From Deltaproteobacteria bacterium (lineage in GTDB: Bacteria > Myxococcota_A > Polyangia > Polyangiales > Houyiibacteriaceae): a stretch of DNA of 52,269 nt. Shown piece after piece: positions 28,403-38,189 of the stretch; the stretch's first letter is position 1; every line of letters starts with the position of its first letter. The notes below the pieces were generated by a model. That model saw nothing but the letters and a program-made list of their open reading frames with translations. It searched no databases and had not been told where the DNA came from. The stretch is taken from contig JAXMNT010000053.1 of assembly GCA_034670305.1 (NCBI GenBank), positions 1-52,269 of the forward strand, in the 5' to 3' direction. Made by a program: the position numbers and the translations under genes.

Positions 28403-29389
28403 ATGCGGTACGCGTGGACGACAGCGCTGTTGTGGGCGGCGGGGTGTATGCCTTCGCCCGGGCTGACTTTGCCCACCGTGCCACCCCCGGAGGCGCGGGC
28501 GGTGGTGGCGCAGGCCGAGGTGGAGCTCCGGTCGGTGGAACATGACGCCGAATGGGAGGCACAGCTGGTCGCGCTTCTGGTCGGTCACCGGGACGCGCCC
28601 CTGTCCGATGCCCACCGGGACCGCATGCAGGAGGCCGCGCGGATCGCGCTGCGGGCCGACCGATTGGATCTGTTCGAGGAGGCGATCGAAGCGGTGGAGC
28701 GCACGGCCACCGACGGCGGCCAATGGTCGTGGGGAAGTCGGGTGCTCGGGGCACAACTTCGTCTGGCGTGGGCCGAGGCGGAGCTGCTCGTGGCGCTGGC
28801 GGTCATCTACGCCGTGCGCCACATCGAAGCCGAGTTCGGTCGCATCGCGGCCGACCGGGCGATCGGCAGTGAACGCGACCGGCGCCGGCGCCGCAGCGAG
28901 GAGATCCAGGACGCCATCGAGCGGGCCGCCTACTTTGCGGCCTGCTTCGCGGCGACGGGTCAGGCGCGACTCCAAGCGGCAGCGATCCATGTCGAGCGGG
29001 TGCTCGCGGAGAGACCAGATCACTACCTCGGCTATCGGCTCGCGCTCGACCTGCACCGGATCCAAGCGCAGCACGGAACCCAGACCGACGCGGACTGGGT
29101 GGCGTTCGAAGAGGTCGCGGCCGAACTCGAACAGCGGCGGCCGGACAGTACGGGGCTCAAGTTCTTGCGAGGGGCGGCGCTGGCGTTCGAGCAACCGGAG
29201 GAGGCCCAGCGCTTTCTGGCGGCGGCGCTCGACGATGCGCCAGAGTTCACCCGCGCACAGGTCTACCGGGTGCTGGCGGCGGACTCGTTGGAAGCCCGCA
29301 ACGTGGAGCTTGCCCGTCTGCGCGCCATCAGCCCTCACCATCAGCTGATCGAGTGGGCCGCGCCGTTGACGGAAGCATTCGGTTCGTGA
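28403..29389 (+). CDS. all-helical (TPR-like) lipoprotein
   Basis: AAGC lipobox; Ala/Leu-rich TPR-like helices; GGAG RBS. Confidence 0.7.
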   Translation: MRYAWTTALLWAAGCMPSPGLTLPTVPPPEARAVVAQAEVELRSVEHDAEWEAQLVALLVGHRDAPLSDAHRDRMQEAARIALRADRLDLFEEAIEAVERTATDGGQWSWGSRVLGAQLRLAWAEAELLVALAVIYAVRHIEAEFGRIAADRAIGSERDRRRRRSEEIQDAIERAAYFAACFAATGQARLQAAAIHVERVLAERPDHYLGYRLALDLHRIQAQHGTQTDADWVAFEEVAAELEQRRPDSTGLKFLRGAALAFEQPEEAQRFLAAALDDAPEFTRAQVYRVLAADSLEARNVELARLRAISPHHQLIEWAAPLTEAFGS

Positions 29390-29955
29390 GGCAGACGCTT
29401 CGATGGACCCGGGTGTTCGGTGTGGCAGCGGCCCTCTTGTGCGCATCGACTTCGGGGCGCGCCGAACCACCGCCGCTCCGACTCGGCTTGGAAGTCCACG
29501 CGTCGTTCCTCTCCAACCAGACCGATCGTTCCCTTCTGAACGTGACGTTCGGCGGCGGGGTGCGACTTGGCTACCGTCCGGACGGCGCGCGCTTCGGCGG
29601 CTTCCTCTTCTTCGAGCAGAACGCCTGGTACGCGACCGACTTGTTTCGCGGCGTGGTGCCCGGGGTACGGAATCTCGGCCTCGGACTCGAGCGGCTTTGG
29701 CGAGGCGAACTCGTGCGTACCTCGATGGTGCTGGGCATCTCGATGCTCGCGTACGATACGGAGCTCGATCGGAAGCGCACCACCGGTCTGTACTTCGACA
29801 TTCGCCCGGCCACCCTTCGATGGCACGTGACCCGGCGGACAGTGTTCGAACTGACCCCGCTGCATCTCGTCGTCGTGGCGCCGGTGATGCACGAGCCACG
29901 GCTGGTCACTGCCCAGTACCGGACCACGCTTGGACTGGAGATGTTGCTTCGATGA
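29386..29955 (+). CDS. secreted outer-membrane beta-barrel-like protein
   Basis: Signal peptide, alternating beta-strand pattern, GLYFDIRP motif; GTGA overlap. Confidence 0.7.
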   Translation: MRQTLRWTRVFGVAAALLCASTSGRAEPPPLRLGLEVHASFLSNQTDRSLLNVTFGGGVRLGYRPDGARFGGFLFFEQNAWYATDLFRGVVPGVRNLGLGLERLWRGELVRTSMVLGISMLAYDTELDRKRTTGLYFDIRPATLRWHVTRRTVFELTPLHLVVVAPVMHEPRLVTAQYRTTLGLEMLLR

Positions 29956-31001
29956 GTGCCCGCATCTTCGTTCTTGTGGCCGTGCTCGCATGCGGTCTGT
30001 CGCTCTCTTCGGTTGCGCGCGCGTACACAATCGGCACTGGGTTCACGGAGGGGTGCCACGAGCGGATCACCGCCGGCGCTTTCCGTGAATTCGTCGGGTT
30101 GCTCGAGGTGCCAGTGACCCTTCCCGACGAGGACGAGGAGGATCAGGACTGGAAGCGCGTCGGCCAGTTCTTGGTGCGGGCGGCCGGCATCGACCGCGAG
30201 ACACTCACCGAGACGGAGTTCTTCATTCTCCACAGTCTGCTCGCTGGGGTGCGTTCTCCGGACACGGCGGGACACTCGGTTCTGAACTTGGACCGCGCGC
30301 GTTCGCTGCACACGGACCCCGCGCCGGTGGGGCAGTACGAACATTCGCTGCGGGCGACGACGGATGACTTCGAAGAAGGAAACCGGTCCGCGGTGGATGG
30401 CATGCGCGCCGTGATTGCCGCAGAGCTCACGGAGTCGCTTCTCTTGGACGACGACCTCATCGAGGTGTCGGTGTTCTTCGATTTCTACGGGACGGTCGAG
30501 GTCGATGTCTGGGCGCCGGCCTACCACCTGGGCCGCGCCGCCCACGCCGTTCAAGACTCGTTCTCGCACACCATCCGGGACGAAGCCGACGACTTCCATT
30601 CGGTCCTGCAAGTGCTCAACTTCGCCGAAGCGGTGGCGGGCACGCTGCGAGAGGATCGGGACGGGTTGGCCCATTCGACCGTGCTCGACTCTTGCGACGC
30701 AGAGACCGAAGCGGTCGTGGCGGCCGCGCAGTTGGCCACCCAACAGCTCTTTCTCACGGCCGGCGAAGCCCGGGCCACAGGCACCACGGAGTCCATCGAT
30801 CGATTCCTGGACGACTGGTACGGATTCCGGCCGGGCTGCCACGCCGACAACGAATACTGCGGCAACCTGCACCAGGTCGAGATCGCCCGTGCGTCGCCGA
30901 CGGGACCCTACTTGTGCAATGCCGCCCACGGTGCGTTGCGGCCCAAGAGTCTGCTGCTTCTGCTCGTCTTGTTCATCGCGGGTTGTAGGCGGAGGCGGTG
31001 A
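29952..31001 (+). CDS. secreted zinc-dependent phospholipase C/P1-nuclease-like protein with MYXO-CTERM-like tail
   Basis: Signal ARA|Y, CHERIT, YHLGRAAHAVQDSFSH, C-terminal Cys-linker-TM-RRRR. Confidence 0.65.
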   Translation: MSARIFVLVAVLACGLSLSSVARAYTIGTGFTEGCHERITAGAFREFVGLLEVPVTLPDEDEEDQDWKRVGQFLVRAAGIDRETLTETEFFILHSLLAGVRSPDTAGHSVLNLDRARSLHTDPAPVGQYEHSLRATTDDFEEGNRSAVDGMRAVIAAELTESLLLDDDLIEVSVFFDFYGTVEVDVWAPAYHLGRAAHAVQDSFSHTIRDEADDFHSVLQVLNFAEAVAGTLREDRDGLAHSTVLDSCDAETEAVVAAAQLATQQLFLTAGEARATGTTESIDRFLDDWYGFRPGCHADNEYCGNLHQVEIARASPTGPYLCNAAHGALRPKSLLLLLVLFIAGCRRRR

Positions 31002-31693
31002 GTCGCTGGGTCTTGATCGGGCTCGCGTGCGCGATGCCGCTGGTCGCCGCTGCGCAACCCGACTCGACGGCGTCTGCTCTCGAGGACAGCGCCGCCGAAA
31101 GCGGCGAACACGCCGCCGAGGGAACCGAGGAGCGTTCTGCGGGGACGAACGCGAGCCACATGCGGGAGTTGGCCACGACCCTGGCCGAGGCGATCGCAGA
31201 CGTCGACGCGCGCCAGCGCGGGTTCACCCTGACCCTCGAGGCCGGCGCCTCCATTCTCACGCCGCTCGTCGACTTCTCGGCGCGCTCGTTCACTTTCGAC
31301 TTCGCACTTCGAGCCGGCTACCACATCCCCGACTTCGCGTTCCTGGTGTCCGCCGAGAGCAGCCGTTGGCGCGCGCCCGAACTCGGCGGCCGGACCTGGC
31401 AGACCGCACTCAACATCGGGTTCGGATTTGCTCGGTACCACCGGTCGGGGTTGCTGCGCACGATGGTGATGGTGGGTCCCTCCATCCTGGTGGCGAACAA
31501 CGACCTGGACCCAGCCGGGTCGGTGGGGCTCTACCTCGACATCCGGCCGCTCGGGTTCTCGTGGCGGTTCAGTGATCGGTGGGCGCTCACGGCGGACCTG
31601 CTCCAGATGACCCTCGTCGCACCCGTTCTGACCGGTGTCCCGCTGATCGACTTCCAGTTCCGCTCGTCCCTCGGCATCGAAGCCGCCTTCTGA
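30998..31693 (+). CDS. outer-membrane beta-barrel-like protein (paralogue of 29386-29955)
   Basis: Signal peptide, GLYLDIRP motif, C-terminal Phe; GTGA overlap. Confidence 0.72.
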   Translation: MSRWVLIGLACAMPLVAAAQPDSTASALEDSAAESGEHAAEGTEERSAGTNASHMRELATTLAEAIADVDARQRGFTLTLEAGASILTPLVDFSARSFTFDFALRAGYHIPDFAFLVSAESSRWRAPELGGRTWQTALNIGFGFARYHRSGLLRTMVMVGPSILVANNDLDPAGSVGLYLDIRPLGFSWRFSDRWALTADLLQMTLVAPVLTGVPLIDFQFRSSLGIEAAF

Positions 31694-31942
31694 GCGCGCC
31701 GCCAGCGGAGGAGCATAGGGCCGCCAGTCTCGCGAAGCGAGCCAGGCCCGTAGGCCCAGGAAAAACGGAAACACTTTCCGCGCTGGAGCGTCTTACCTGC
31801 GCATGCAGACCTCCCACCCCGACCTCGCACATCCGCGCAGTGGTGACCTCAGCGGCCACTGGTGTGGCTGCGAGGAGTCACTTCCGAGTGCCGGATTTCA
31901 GGATTGAATGGTTCGCATGGGCAAATGCAACGAAAGCTACGA

Positions 31943-31958
31943 TGGCACGAACATTGCT
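31943..31958 (+). promoter_or_regulatory. consensus sigma-54 promoter
   Basis: TGGCAC-GAACA-TTGCT matches TGGCAC-N5-TTGCW exactly. Confidence 0.8.
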
Positions 31959-32046
31959 GAGGAACCCTCACGAACATGACGGGCCCAAGCTCGGACCTTC
32001 TCGAAGCGTCTGGGTAGTGCACGTCGGACCTCCCGATACCAACCTC

Positions 32047-32493
32047 ATGGACCTCCAAGACCACGACCCCGTTTCCCTCGTCGTCGCCGAACGCGGCGAA
32101 GGCTGGGAACCGAACTGGACCTACTGGGTGGAGCGATTCTCCACCGGTACGCCCGATGTGATCGTGGTCCTCCAGGAACCGGGCGAGTCCGTGGAGACCC
32201 TGTCGCAGCGCGTGCGGGCCCGCGTGGTGGACCTGGAAGAGTCGGGTCGTACCCTCGCGCGTGCGGTCATCGTGGGCTCCGGAAACCCCGACCATACGGC
32301 GCTCTCGGCCCGCTCACTCGCAATCAAAGCGATCGTCGCCCCGATGGTCGAGCAGGGCCACGGCACGTTGCTGCTCGATGGCGAAGGCGCCGACCGCTTC
32401 CGCATGATGGCGCTTGCCTCGACCGTCGCCCAGATGGTCCGCAACACCGGCGTCACGGTCACCTCGACCGAACGCATCGCCAAGGTCGCGTAG
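32047..32493 (+). CDS. hypothetical alpha/beta protein
   Basis: 148 aa; start placed downstream of the sigma-54 promoter (the alternative ATG at 31942 overlaps the promoter). Confidence 0.7.
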   Translation: MDLQDHDPVSLVVAERGEGWEPNWTYWVERFSTGTPDVIVVLQEPGESVETLSQRVRARVVDLEESGRTLARAVIVGSGNPDHTALSARSLAIKAIVAPMVEQGHGTLLLDGEGADRFRMMALASTVAQMVRNTGVTVTSTERIAKVA

Positions 32494-32677
32494 CCGCGCT
32501 GCGTCACGGCGACTGGCGCATCGCGTCAGCGCTTTCCGACCGGGCTGGCTGCGCAGCCTGAGAACCGTACGCATTCTGCATTGCAGAATCGAAATGACGC
32601 ATTGCGTCGATGCGGTGCAAACATGGGACGGCAGCCACCGCAGCACGATTCGCCTTCGGGATCAGCTGATCGGGCTC

Positions 32678-33035
32678 TCGGATTCGGGATCGGCGTCGGA
32701 TTCGGCTTCGGCTTCGGGATCGGCTTCGGCTTCGGCTTCGGCTTCGGCGTCGGATTCGGGTTCGGATTCGGGATCGGCTTCGGGTTCGGCTTCTGATTCG
32801 GGATCGGATTCTGATTCGGGATCGGATTCTGATTCGGATTCGGGATCGGCTTCGGCGTCGGGTGTCGGGATCGGCGGCAGCGGCAGAATCAGCGGCAGAA
32901 TCAGCGGCAGTGTCAGTGTCAGTGGCAGCAGTGGCAGTGGCAGTGGCAGTGGCAGTGGCAGTGGCAGCGACAGAGTCAGCGACAGAGTCAGGATTCGCTG
33001 CCGGGTTCGGATCAGGGGTCGGCTTCGGATTCGGA
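32678..33035 (+). repeat. composite hexamer array (TCGGNN with an internal NCAGNN block)
   Basis: TCGGAT/TCGGCT/TCGGGA units to about 32876, GCAGTG/TCAGCG units to about 32990, then TCGG units again. Confidence 0.93.
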
Positions 33036-33044
33036 CGGCGCCGC

Positions 33045-33116
33045 TTGACACCCCGCCATTCCGGCCCAATCCTCTTTAGACCACCCGGTCGAACCACCCG
33101 GTTCAACCACCCGGTC
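33045..33116 (+). promoter_or_regulatory. TetR promoter/operator: TTGACA plus three ACCACCCGGT repeats
   Basis: TTGACA at 33045; ACCACCCGGT at 33080, 33093 and 33106 (13-bp period). Confidence 0.7.
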
Positions 33117-33124
33117 CACGCACG

Positions 33125-33745
33125 ATGCCCCTTCCACGCTTTCAGAACCTCGACACCGACAAGCAGTCGGCCATCCTCGTGGCCGCGGCTGAAGAGTTCG
33201 CGGAGCACGGCTTCGCAGGCGCCAGCTTCAACCAGATCATCCAGCGCGCCGGCATCAGCAAAGGCGCGATGTACTACTACTTCGCGGACAAGGACGACCT
33301 GTTCTGCACCGTGCTGGACGTGGCGCTCAATGAGTGGCTGGCCGAGGTCGGCTTCCCCTTCCAGGCAGACAGCGCCCGGGCCTTCTGGGACGCGTGCCAC
33401 GACATGTACGCGCGGAGCCTGCGCTTCATGTTGCGCAGCCCTCGCAACGCTGCGCTTTGCCTGAGTGTGTCGCGGGCCCGCGCGCGCATGGAGGGCCACC
33501 CCAAGTTGCTCGAGCACCAGCAGCTGATGATGGCCTGGACCCGTGGGCTCGTGACCCAGGGGAGGGCGCTCGGTGCGCTCCGGGAAGACCTGCCGACCGA
33601 CTTGGTCGTGCACTCCTCACTCGCGCTCATGGAGGCCGGTGACGTCTGGCTCAGCGAGCGTTGGAGCGAGTTGACCGAAGACGATGTCGACGCGACCGCG
33701 GCGATGATGATCGGAATGTTCCGACGACTGGGAGAAGCGACATGA
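33125..33745 (+). CDS. TetR/AcrR family regulator
   Basis: ILVAAAEEFAEHGF..ASFNQII.RAGISKGAMYYYF.DKDDL HTH. Confidence 0.95.
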   Translation: MPLPRFQNLDTDKQSAILVAAAEEFAEHGFAGASFNQIIQRAGISKGAMYYYFADKDDLFCTVLDVALNEWLAEVGFPFQADSARAFWDACHDMYARSLRFMLRSPRNAALCLSVSRARARMEGHPKLLEHQQLMMAWTRGLVTQGRALGALREDLPTDLVVHSSLALMEAGDVWLSERWSELTEDDVDATAAMMIGMFRRLGEAT

Positions 33746-35121
33746 AGACCGCCAAGAAGGCTCCAGGCCCCAAGAACCGTTTTGGGGTGCGCAACGTGTT
33801 CGGATTCGCGCGCGACCCACTCGGCTTGATGCGCTCGATGAAGGACGAGTACGGCGACGTGGTCGAGATGAAGGTCGCGAACGTGCCCTGGTTCATGCTG
33901 AGCCATCCCGACGACGTGGAGCAGGTGCTCGTCAAAAAGGCGAAGTCCGTCAAACGTGACTCCTACGTCGAAGTGCTCGAGCGCACCCTCGGCCTGGGGC
34001 TCTTGACCAGCGAAGGCGATCTCTGGAAACGCCAGCGCAAGCTCATGTCGCAAGCGTTCACCCCGCGGCGGATCAAGACCTACGCGGAGACGATGAGCGC
34101 AGTCACCGAGCGCGGGGCGATCTGGCGGGACGGAGACACCGTCGACCTCCACGAAGAGATGTCGCGCGTCACCATGGAAGTGGTCGCGGCGGTGCTCTTC
34201 GGGGCCGGCATCGGGCCGCGTGAGGTCGCGATCGTCTCCGAGTCCATGGACGTCATCAACGAGTTCTACGCGAACAGCCCCGAGGCGGTGCTGCGCTTGC
34301 CCGAGTGGGTGCCGACGCCGCGCAACCGGGCACTCACCGCGGCGGTGAAGAAGATCGACGCCGTGCTCTACGACATCATCGCCAAGCGCCGCGAGAGCGG
34401 CGAAGAACGCGACGACCTGCTCGGCACCTTGCTCGCGAGCCTGGACGACGAGGGCTCTGGCATGACCGACAAGCAGCTGCGCGACGAAGCGATCACGCTG
34501 TTCTTGGCCGGCCACGAGACCACCGCCCTCACGCTCGGGTACACACTCATGCTGCTCGGCAAATACCCGGACGTGGAAAAGCGGGTCGTCGCCGAACTCG
34601 ACGCGGTGCTGGGCGGCCGATTGCCCACGGCGGAAGACTCCAAGGCGCTCGAGTACACCGAACGGGTGATCAAAGAAGGCATGCGCCTCTACCCACCGGC
34701 GTGGACGACGGGACGCGAAGCCGCGGAGGACATCGAGGTCGCTGGATACACGATCCCCAAGGGCGCGCAGATTCTCACGAGCCAATGGATCGTGCACCGC
34801 GACGCGCGCTTCTTCCCGAACCCGGAAGCCTTCGACCCCGATCGCTGGGAGAAGGACAAGACGAAGGACATGCCGCGCTACGCGTACTTCCCGTTCGGCG
34901 GCGGACCGCGCGTGTGCATCGGCAACCACTTCGCAATGATGGAAGCCATCTTGGTGCTCGCGGTGGTGCTCCAGCGCTACCACTTCGAGGTCGTGCCCGG
35001 ACAGACCCTGAAGCTCGCGCCTTCGGTGACGTTGCGCCCGAAACAAGGCGTCCGCGCCATTGCCCAGAAGCGCGTGCAGCCGGCCGCGCAAGCGTCGGCG
35101 CAGACCACCGCACGCGTCTGA
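33742..35121 (+). CDS. cytochrome P450
   Basis: AGHETT, EGMR (ExxR), [20 protein letters not shown] overlap with TetR. Confidence 0.97.
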   Translation: MKTAKKAPGPKNRFGVRNVFGFARDPLGLMRSMKDEYGDVVEMKVANVPWFMLSHPDDVEQVLVKKAKSVKRDSYVEVLERTLGLGLLTSEGDLWKRQRKLMSQAFTPRRIKTYAETMSAVTERGAIWRDGDTVDLHEEMSRVTMEVVAAVLFGAGIGPREVAIVSESMDVINEFYANSPEAVLRLPEWVPTPRNRALTAAVKKIDAVLYDIIAKRRESGEERDDLLGTLLASLDDEGSGMTDKQLRDEAITLFLAGHETTALTLGYTLMLLGKYPDVEKRVVAELDAVLGGRLPTAEDSKALEYTERVIKEGMRLYPPAWTTGREAAEDIEVAGYTIPKGAQILTSQWIVHRDARFFPNPEAFDPDRWEKDKTKDMPRYAYFPFGGGPRVCIGNHFAMMEAILVLAVVLQRYHFEVVPGQTLKLAPSVTLRPKQGVRAIAQKRVQPAAQASAQTTARV

Positions 35122-35143
35122 GGCGTGCCGCGTCGTTGATCGG

Positions 35144-35824
35144 CTAACGAAGCCCTTCGAGGATGCGTTGGGTGAACGAGGTGCGCAGGTAGAACCCACG
35201 CGGCCCTGTCCACTGGTAGCCGCCGTCTCCATCGGGTGCGCGCATGCGCACGCTTCCGTCGGCCGCCTTGGGCCGCACCTGCAGCGCTTCGCCGAGGTGT
35301 CCGGTGATCGCGTCCACTTCCCCGGACACCACCAGGTCGGCGATTCGATCCCAATCGCTCCGGAGGGTCGCGTGTTCTGCTTCGCTCGGCGACCAGAGCA
35401 CCGCGCTCCCGACCCGGCGATCCGCGAGCGCCAGGTGCGGGTCGGCCTGAACGGGGACCCACATCACCCGCGCGAGTTTGCGCGCGACCGACGAGTCTTC
35501 GAAGTCCGTGTCCGGTACTTCGAGCAGGTTGATGGTGGTGACGAAGGTGGACTCCTTCGGTTTGCCTTTCACGACGGGCAGGGTCTTGAGCTCCACTTGG
35601 ATCTCGAGGAAGTCCGGCTCGTCCTTGCTGCCGGCGCTGGCGCCGAGCACCGCTTCCATCAGTTGGCCCACGAGGCCTTTGGCGCGGTGGCTGGTGGGCG
35701 GCACGAACACACCGACGGTCGCCGCGAGCTCGCCGATGGTGCGGCCACCGATCGCGCGCGCCCGCGCTCGAAGTTCTTCTTCGGACGCGGGCGGAGCGAC
35801 CTTCGGAGCTTCAGTCCGCGGCAC
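35144..35824 (-). CDS. mutH: MutH/Sau3AI family endonuclease
   Basis: KGLVGQLME.VLGASAGSK.EPDF...VELKTLPV...PKESTFV; LQVRPKAA; RGFYLR..FT; start approximate. Confidence 0.88.
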   Translation of the reverse strand: MPRTEAPKVAPPASEEELRARARAIGGRTIGELAATVGVFVPPTSHRAKGLVGQLMEAVLGASAGSKDEPDFLEIQVELKTLPVVKGKPKESTFVTTINLLEVPDTDFEDSSVARKLARVMWVPVQADPHLALADRRVGSAVLWSPSEAEHATLRSDWDRIADLVVSGEVDAITGHLGEALQVRPKAADGSVRMRAPDGDGGYQWTGPRGFYLRTSFTQRILEGLR

Positions 35825-38084
35825 CGAAGCCGATGCGCCGGTCGGTCTGCGGCTGCTCCTGCTGGAGCTCCGCCGCCATGCGTTTGTACGCGTCGTGCAT
35901 CTTGCGGGTGACCGAAGGACGCGACTCGCCAAGGGCGGACTCGAAGATGCTCATGTTGACGTCCTTCACATCGAGGTCGTCGCGCAGCGCGAGCAGACCC
36001 GCCCGCCGCACGACGTCTTCAAGGTCCGCGCCCGTGTAGCCCTCGGTCCGGTCGGCGATCGACCCGAGATCCACGTCGGTGTTCAAGGGCATGCCCTTGG
36101 TGTGGATCGAGAGGATGAGCTTGCGGCCTGGGGCGTCGGGCACCGAGACGTACAGCAGCTCGTCGAACCGGCCGGGGCGAAGGAGCGCTGGGTCGACGAG
36201 CGTCGGCTGGTTGGTGGCACCAAGCACGACCACGCCGCGCATGGACTCGAGTCCATCCATCTCTGCGAGGATGGTGTTGACCACGCGCTCGGTGACGGCG
36301 GGTTCGCCCTGACCACCGCCGCGCCGCGGCACGAGCGAATCGATCTCGTCGATGAAGATGACGGTCGGCGCGACCTGGCGTGCACGCGCAAACAAGCGCG
36401 CGACCTGCTTCTCGGACTCGCCGTACCACTTGCTCAAGAGATCGCTGGAGCGCACCGAGATGAAGTTGGCTTCGGCTTCGCGGGCCACGGCTTTGGCGAG
36501 CAGGGTCTTGCCGGTGCCAGGCGGGCCGTAGAGAAGAAACCCACGCGCGGGACGGATGCCCAGCCGCTCAAAGGCTTCAGGGCGCTTGAGCGGTAGCTCC
36601 ACGCCTTCCTTCAGCTTGGTCTTGGCTTCGTCGAGCCCACCGATCTCATCCCATCGGACGGTCGGGGTCTCGATCATGATCTCGCGAAGCGCGGTCGGGC
36701 TCACCCGGCGAAGCGCGTTTTCGAAGTCGTGGTGATGCACGAAGAGCGCCTCGAGCACCTCGGCCGGCACTTCGTCTTCGTCCAGGTGGATGTCCGGCAG
36801 CTTGCGCCGCAGCGCGTCGATCGCGGCCTCGCGGCACAGCGCCGAGAGATCGGCGCCGACGAATCCGTACGTCACGCGCGCGAGCTCTTCGAGTTTCACG
36901 TCCTCGTCGATCGGCATGCCGCGGGTGTGGATCTCGAGGATCTCGAGGCGGCCTTCTTGCGAGGGCACGCCGAGCACGAGCTCGCGGTCGAAGCGGCCGG
37001 GGCGGCGGAGCGCTTCGTCGATGGCATCGGCGCGGTTGGTGGCGCCGATCACCATCACGTTGTTCCGCGGTTCGAGTCCGTCCATCAAGGTCAGCAGCTG
37101 GGCGACGAGTCGCCGCTCGCCCTCGCCGGCGACGCGGTCGCGTTTGGGTGCGATCGAATCGAACTCGTCGAAGAAGATGATCGAGGGCGCCGCCTGCTGG
37201 GCTTGCTGGAAGATGTCGCGCAGCCGCTCTTCGGATTCACCGTAGTGTTTGCCGACGATCTCCGGGCCGTTGATGACGAAGAACTGGGCGTCCGCTTCCG
37301 ACGCGACCGCGCGGGCAAGCAGGGTCTTGCCGGTGCCGGGCGGACCCTGCAGCAAGACGCCGCGCGGCGGATCGATGCCGAGCCGGCGGAAGAGCTCCGG
37401 GTGTTTCAGTGGTAGCTCGATCATCTCGCGGACCTGGGCGAGCGTGTCCCGAATGCCGCCGACGTCGTCGTAGCTCACGCCACCACGTCCCTGACCCGAG
37501 CCGACCGGTTCCTTGAAGTCGGTCGAGAGTACGATCTCGGTTTGGTCGGTGACCCGCACGATGCCCTGCGGCACCGACGACACCACCACCAGTCGCATCT
37601 CCTGCAGCCCGAAGGGTTCGCGCGCGAGCGTGTTGGCCACGGCCGGTGCGGTGCCCTCTGGAAGCCAAGCGCTCCGGAAGCCGCTCGTGCTGACCACGTT
37701 GCCGCTCACGATCGGCCGCCCACGCAACGTTGGTAGGAAGTCCGAACCGTTGCCGGTCAGGCGGTGCTGTTCGTCGGCCGGCCCGAGCACGATGCGCTCG
37801 GCCACCGGCGGTTCGACCACCGAGACGGTGACGGACTCGCCGACGCTGACACCCGCGTTCGTCCGCTCCAAGCCGTCGAGCCGCACCACGAGCGAGTCTT
37901 TGTCTTCGTCTCGGGAGGGCAGGGCGATGGCAGCGGTGGTGCGCTTGCCATGGATGCGCACCACGGCCCCGCCTTCGAGTCCCAGCTCGCGCATGGCTTT
38001 CGCGCCGATGCGGGCGATGCCGCGTCCCAAGAACAACTTGTTCGATTGGGCGGCGACCTGGAGGGAGAGTGTCTTTGTGCTCAT
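35811..38084 (-). CDS. CDC48/p97/VAT family AAA+ ATPase
   Basis: CDC48_N-like N domain; two AAA modules (GPPGTGKT twice, FDE/IDE, RPGRFD twice). Confidence 0.95.
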   Translation of the reverse strand: MSTKTLSLQVAAQSNKLFLGRGIARIGAKAMRELGLEGGAVVRIHGKRTTAAIALPSRDEDKDSLVVRLDGLERTNAGVSVGESVTVSVVEPPVAERIVLGPADEQHRLTGNGSDFLPTLRGRPIVSGNVVSTSGFRSAWLPEGTAPAVANTLAREPFGLQEMRLVVVSSVPQGIVRVTDQTEIVLSTDFKEPVGSGQGRGGVSYDDVGGIRDTLAQVREMIELPLKHPELFRRLGIDPPRGVLLQGPPGTGKTLLARAVASEADAQFFVINGPEIVGKHYGESEERLRDIFQQAQQAAPSIIFFDEFDSIAPKRDRVAGEGERRLVAQLLTLMDGLEPRNNVMVIGATNRADAIDEALRRPGRFDRELVLGVPSQEGRLEILEIHTRGMPIDEDVKLEELARVTYGFVGADLSALCREAAIDALRRKLPDIHLDEDEVPAEVLEALFVHHHDFENALRRVSPTALREIMIETPTVRWDEIGGLDEAKTKLKEGVELPLKRPEAFERLGIRPARGFLLYGPPGTGKTLLAKAVAREAEANFISVRSSDLLSKWYGESEKQVARLFARARQVAPTVIFIDEIDSLVPRRGGGQGEPAVTERVVNTILAEMDGLESMRGVVVLGATNQPTLVDPALLRPGRFDELLYVSVPDAPGRKLILSIHTKGMPLNTDVDLGSIADRTEGYTGADLEDVVRRAGLLALRDDLDVKDVNMSIFESALGESRPSVTRKMHDAYKRMAAELQQEQPQTDRRIGFGAAD

Positions 38085-38189
38085 GGCTCGCTTTCGTGCA
38101 CGCGGAAAGCGCGCCGGGGAGACGGGAGAAAAGCGGGCGAGAGCCGTTCGGTCAAGGGCGATGACCCACGGGCATCCAGAAGAGAGGGA

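Noticed and set aside
32414-33079. Ser/Gly/Asp-repeat ORFs across the hexamer arrays (also 16768..17346)
   Set aside because: Open only because the hexamers lack stops in several frames; no RBS, signal or domain
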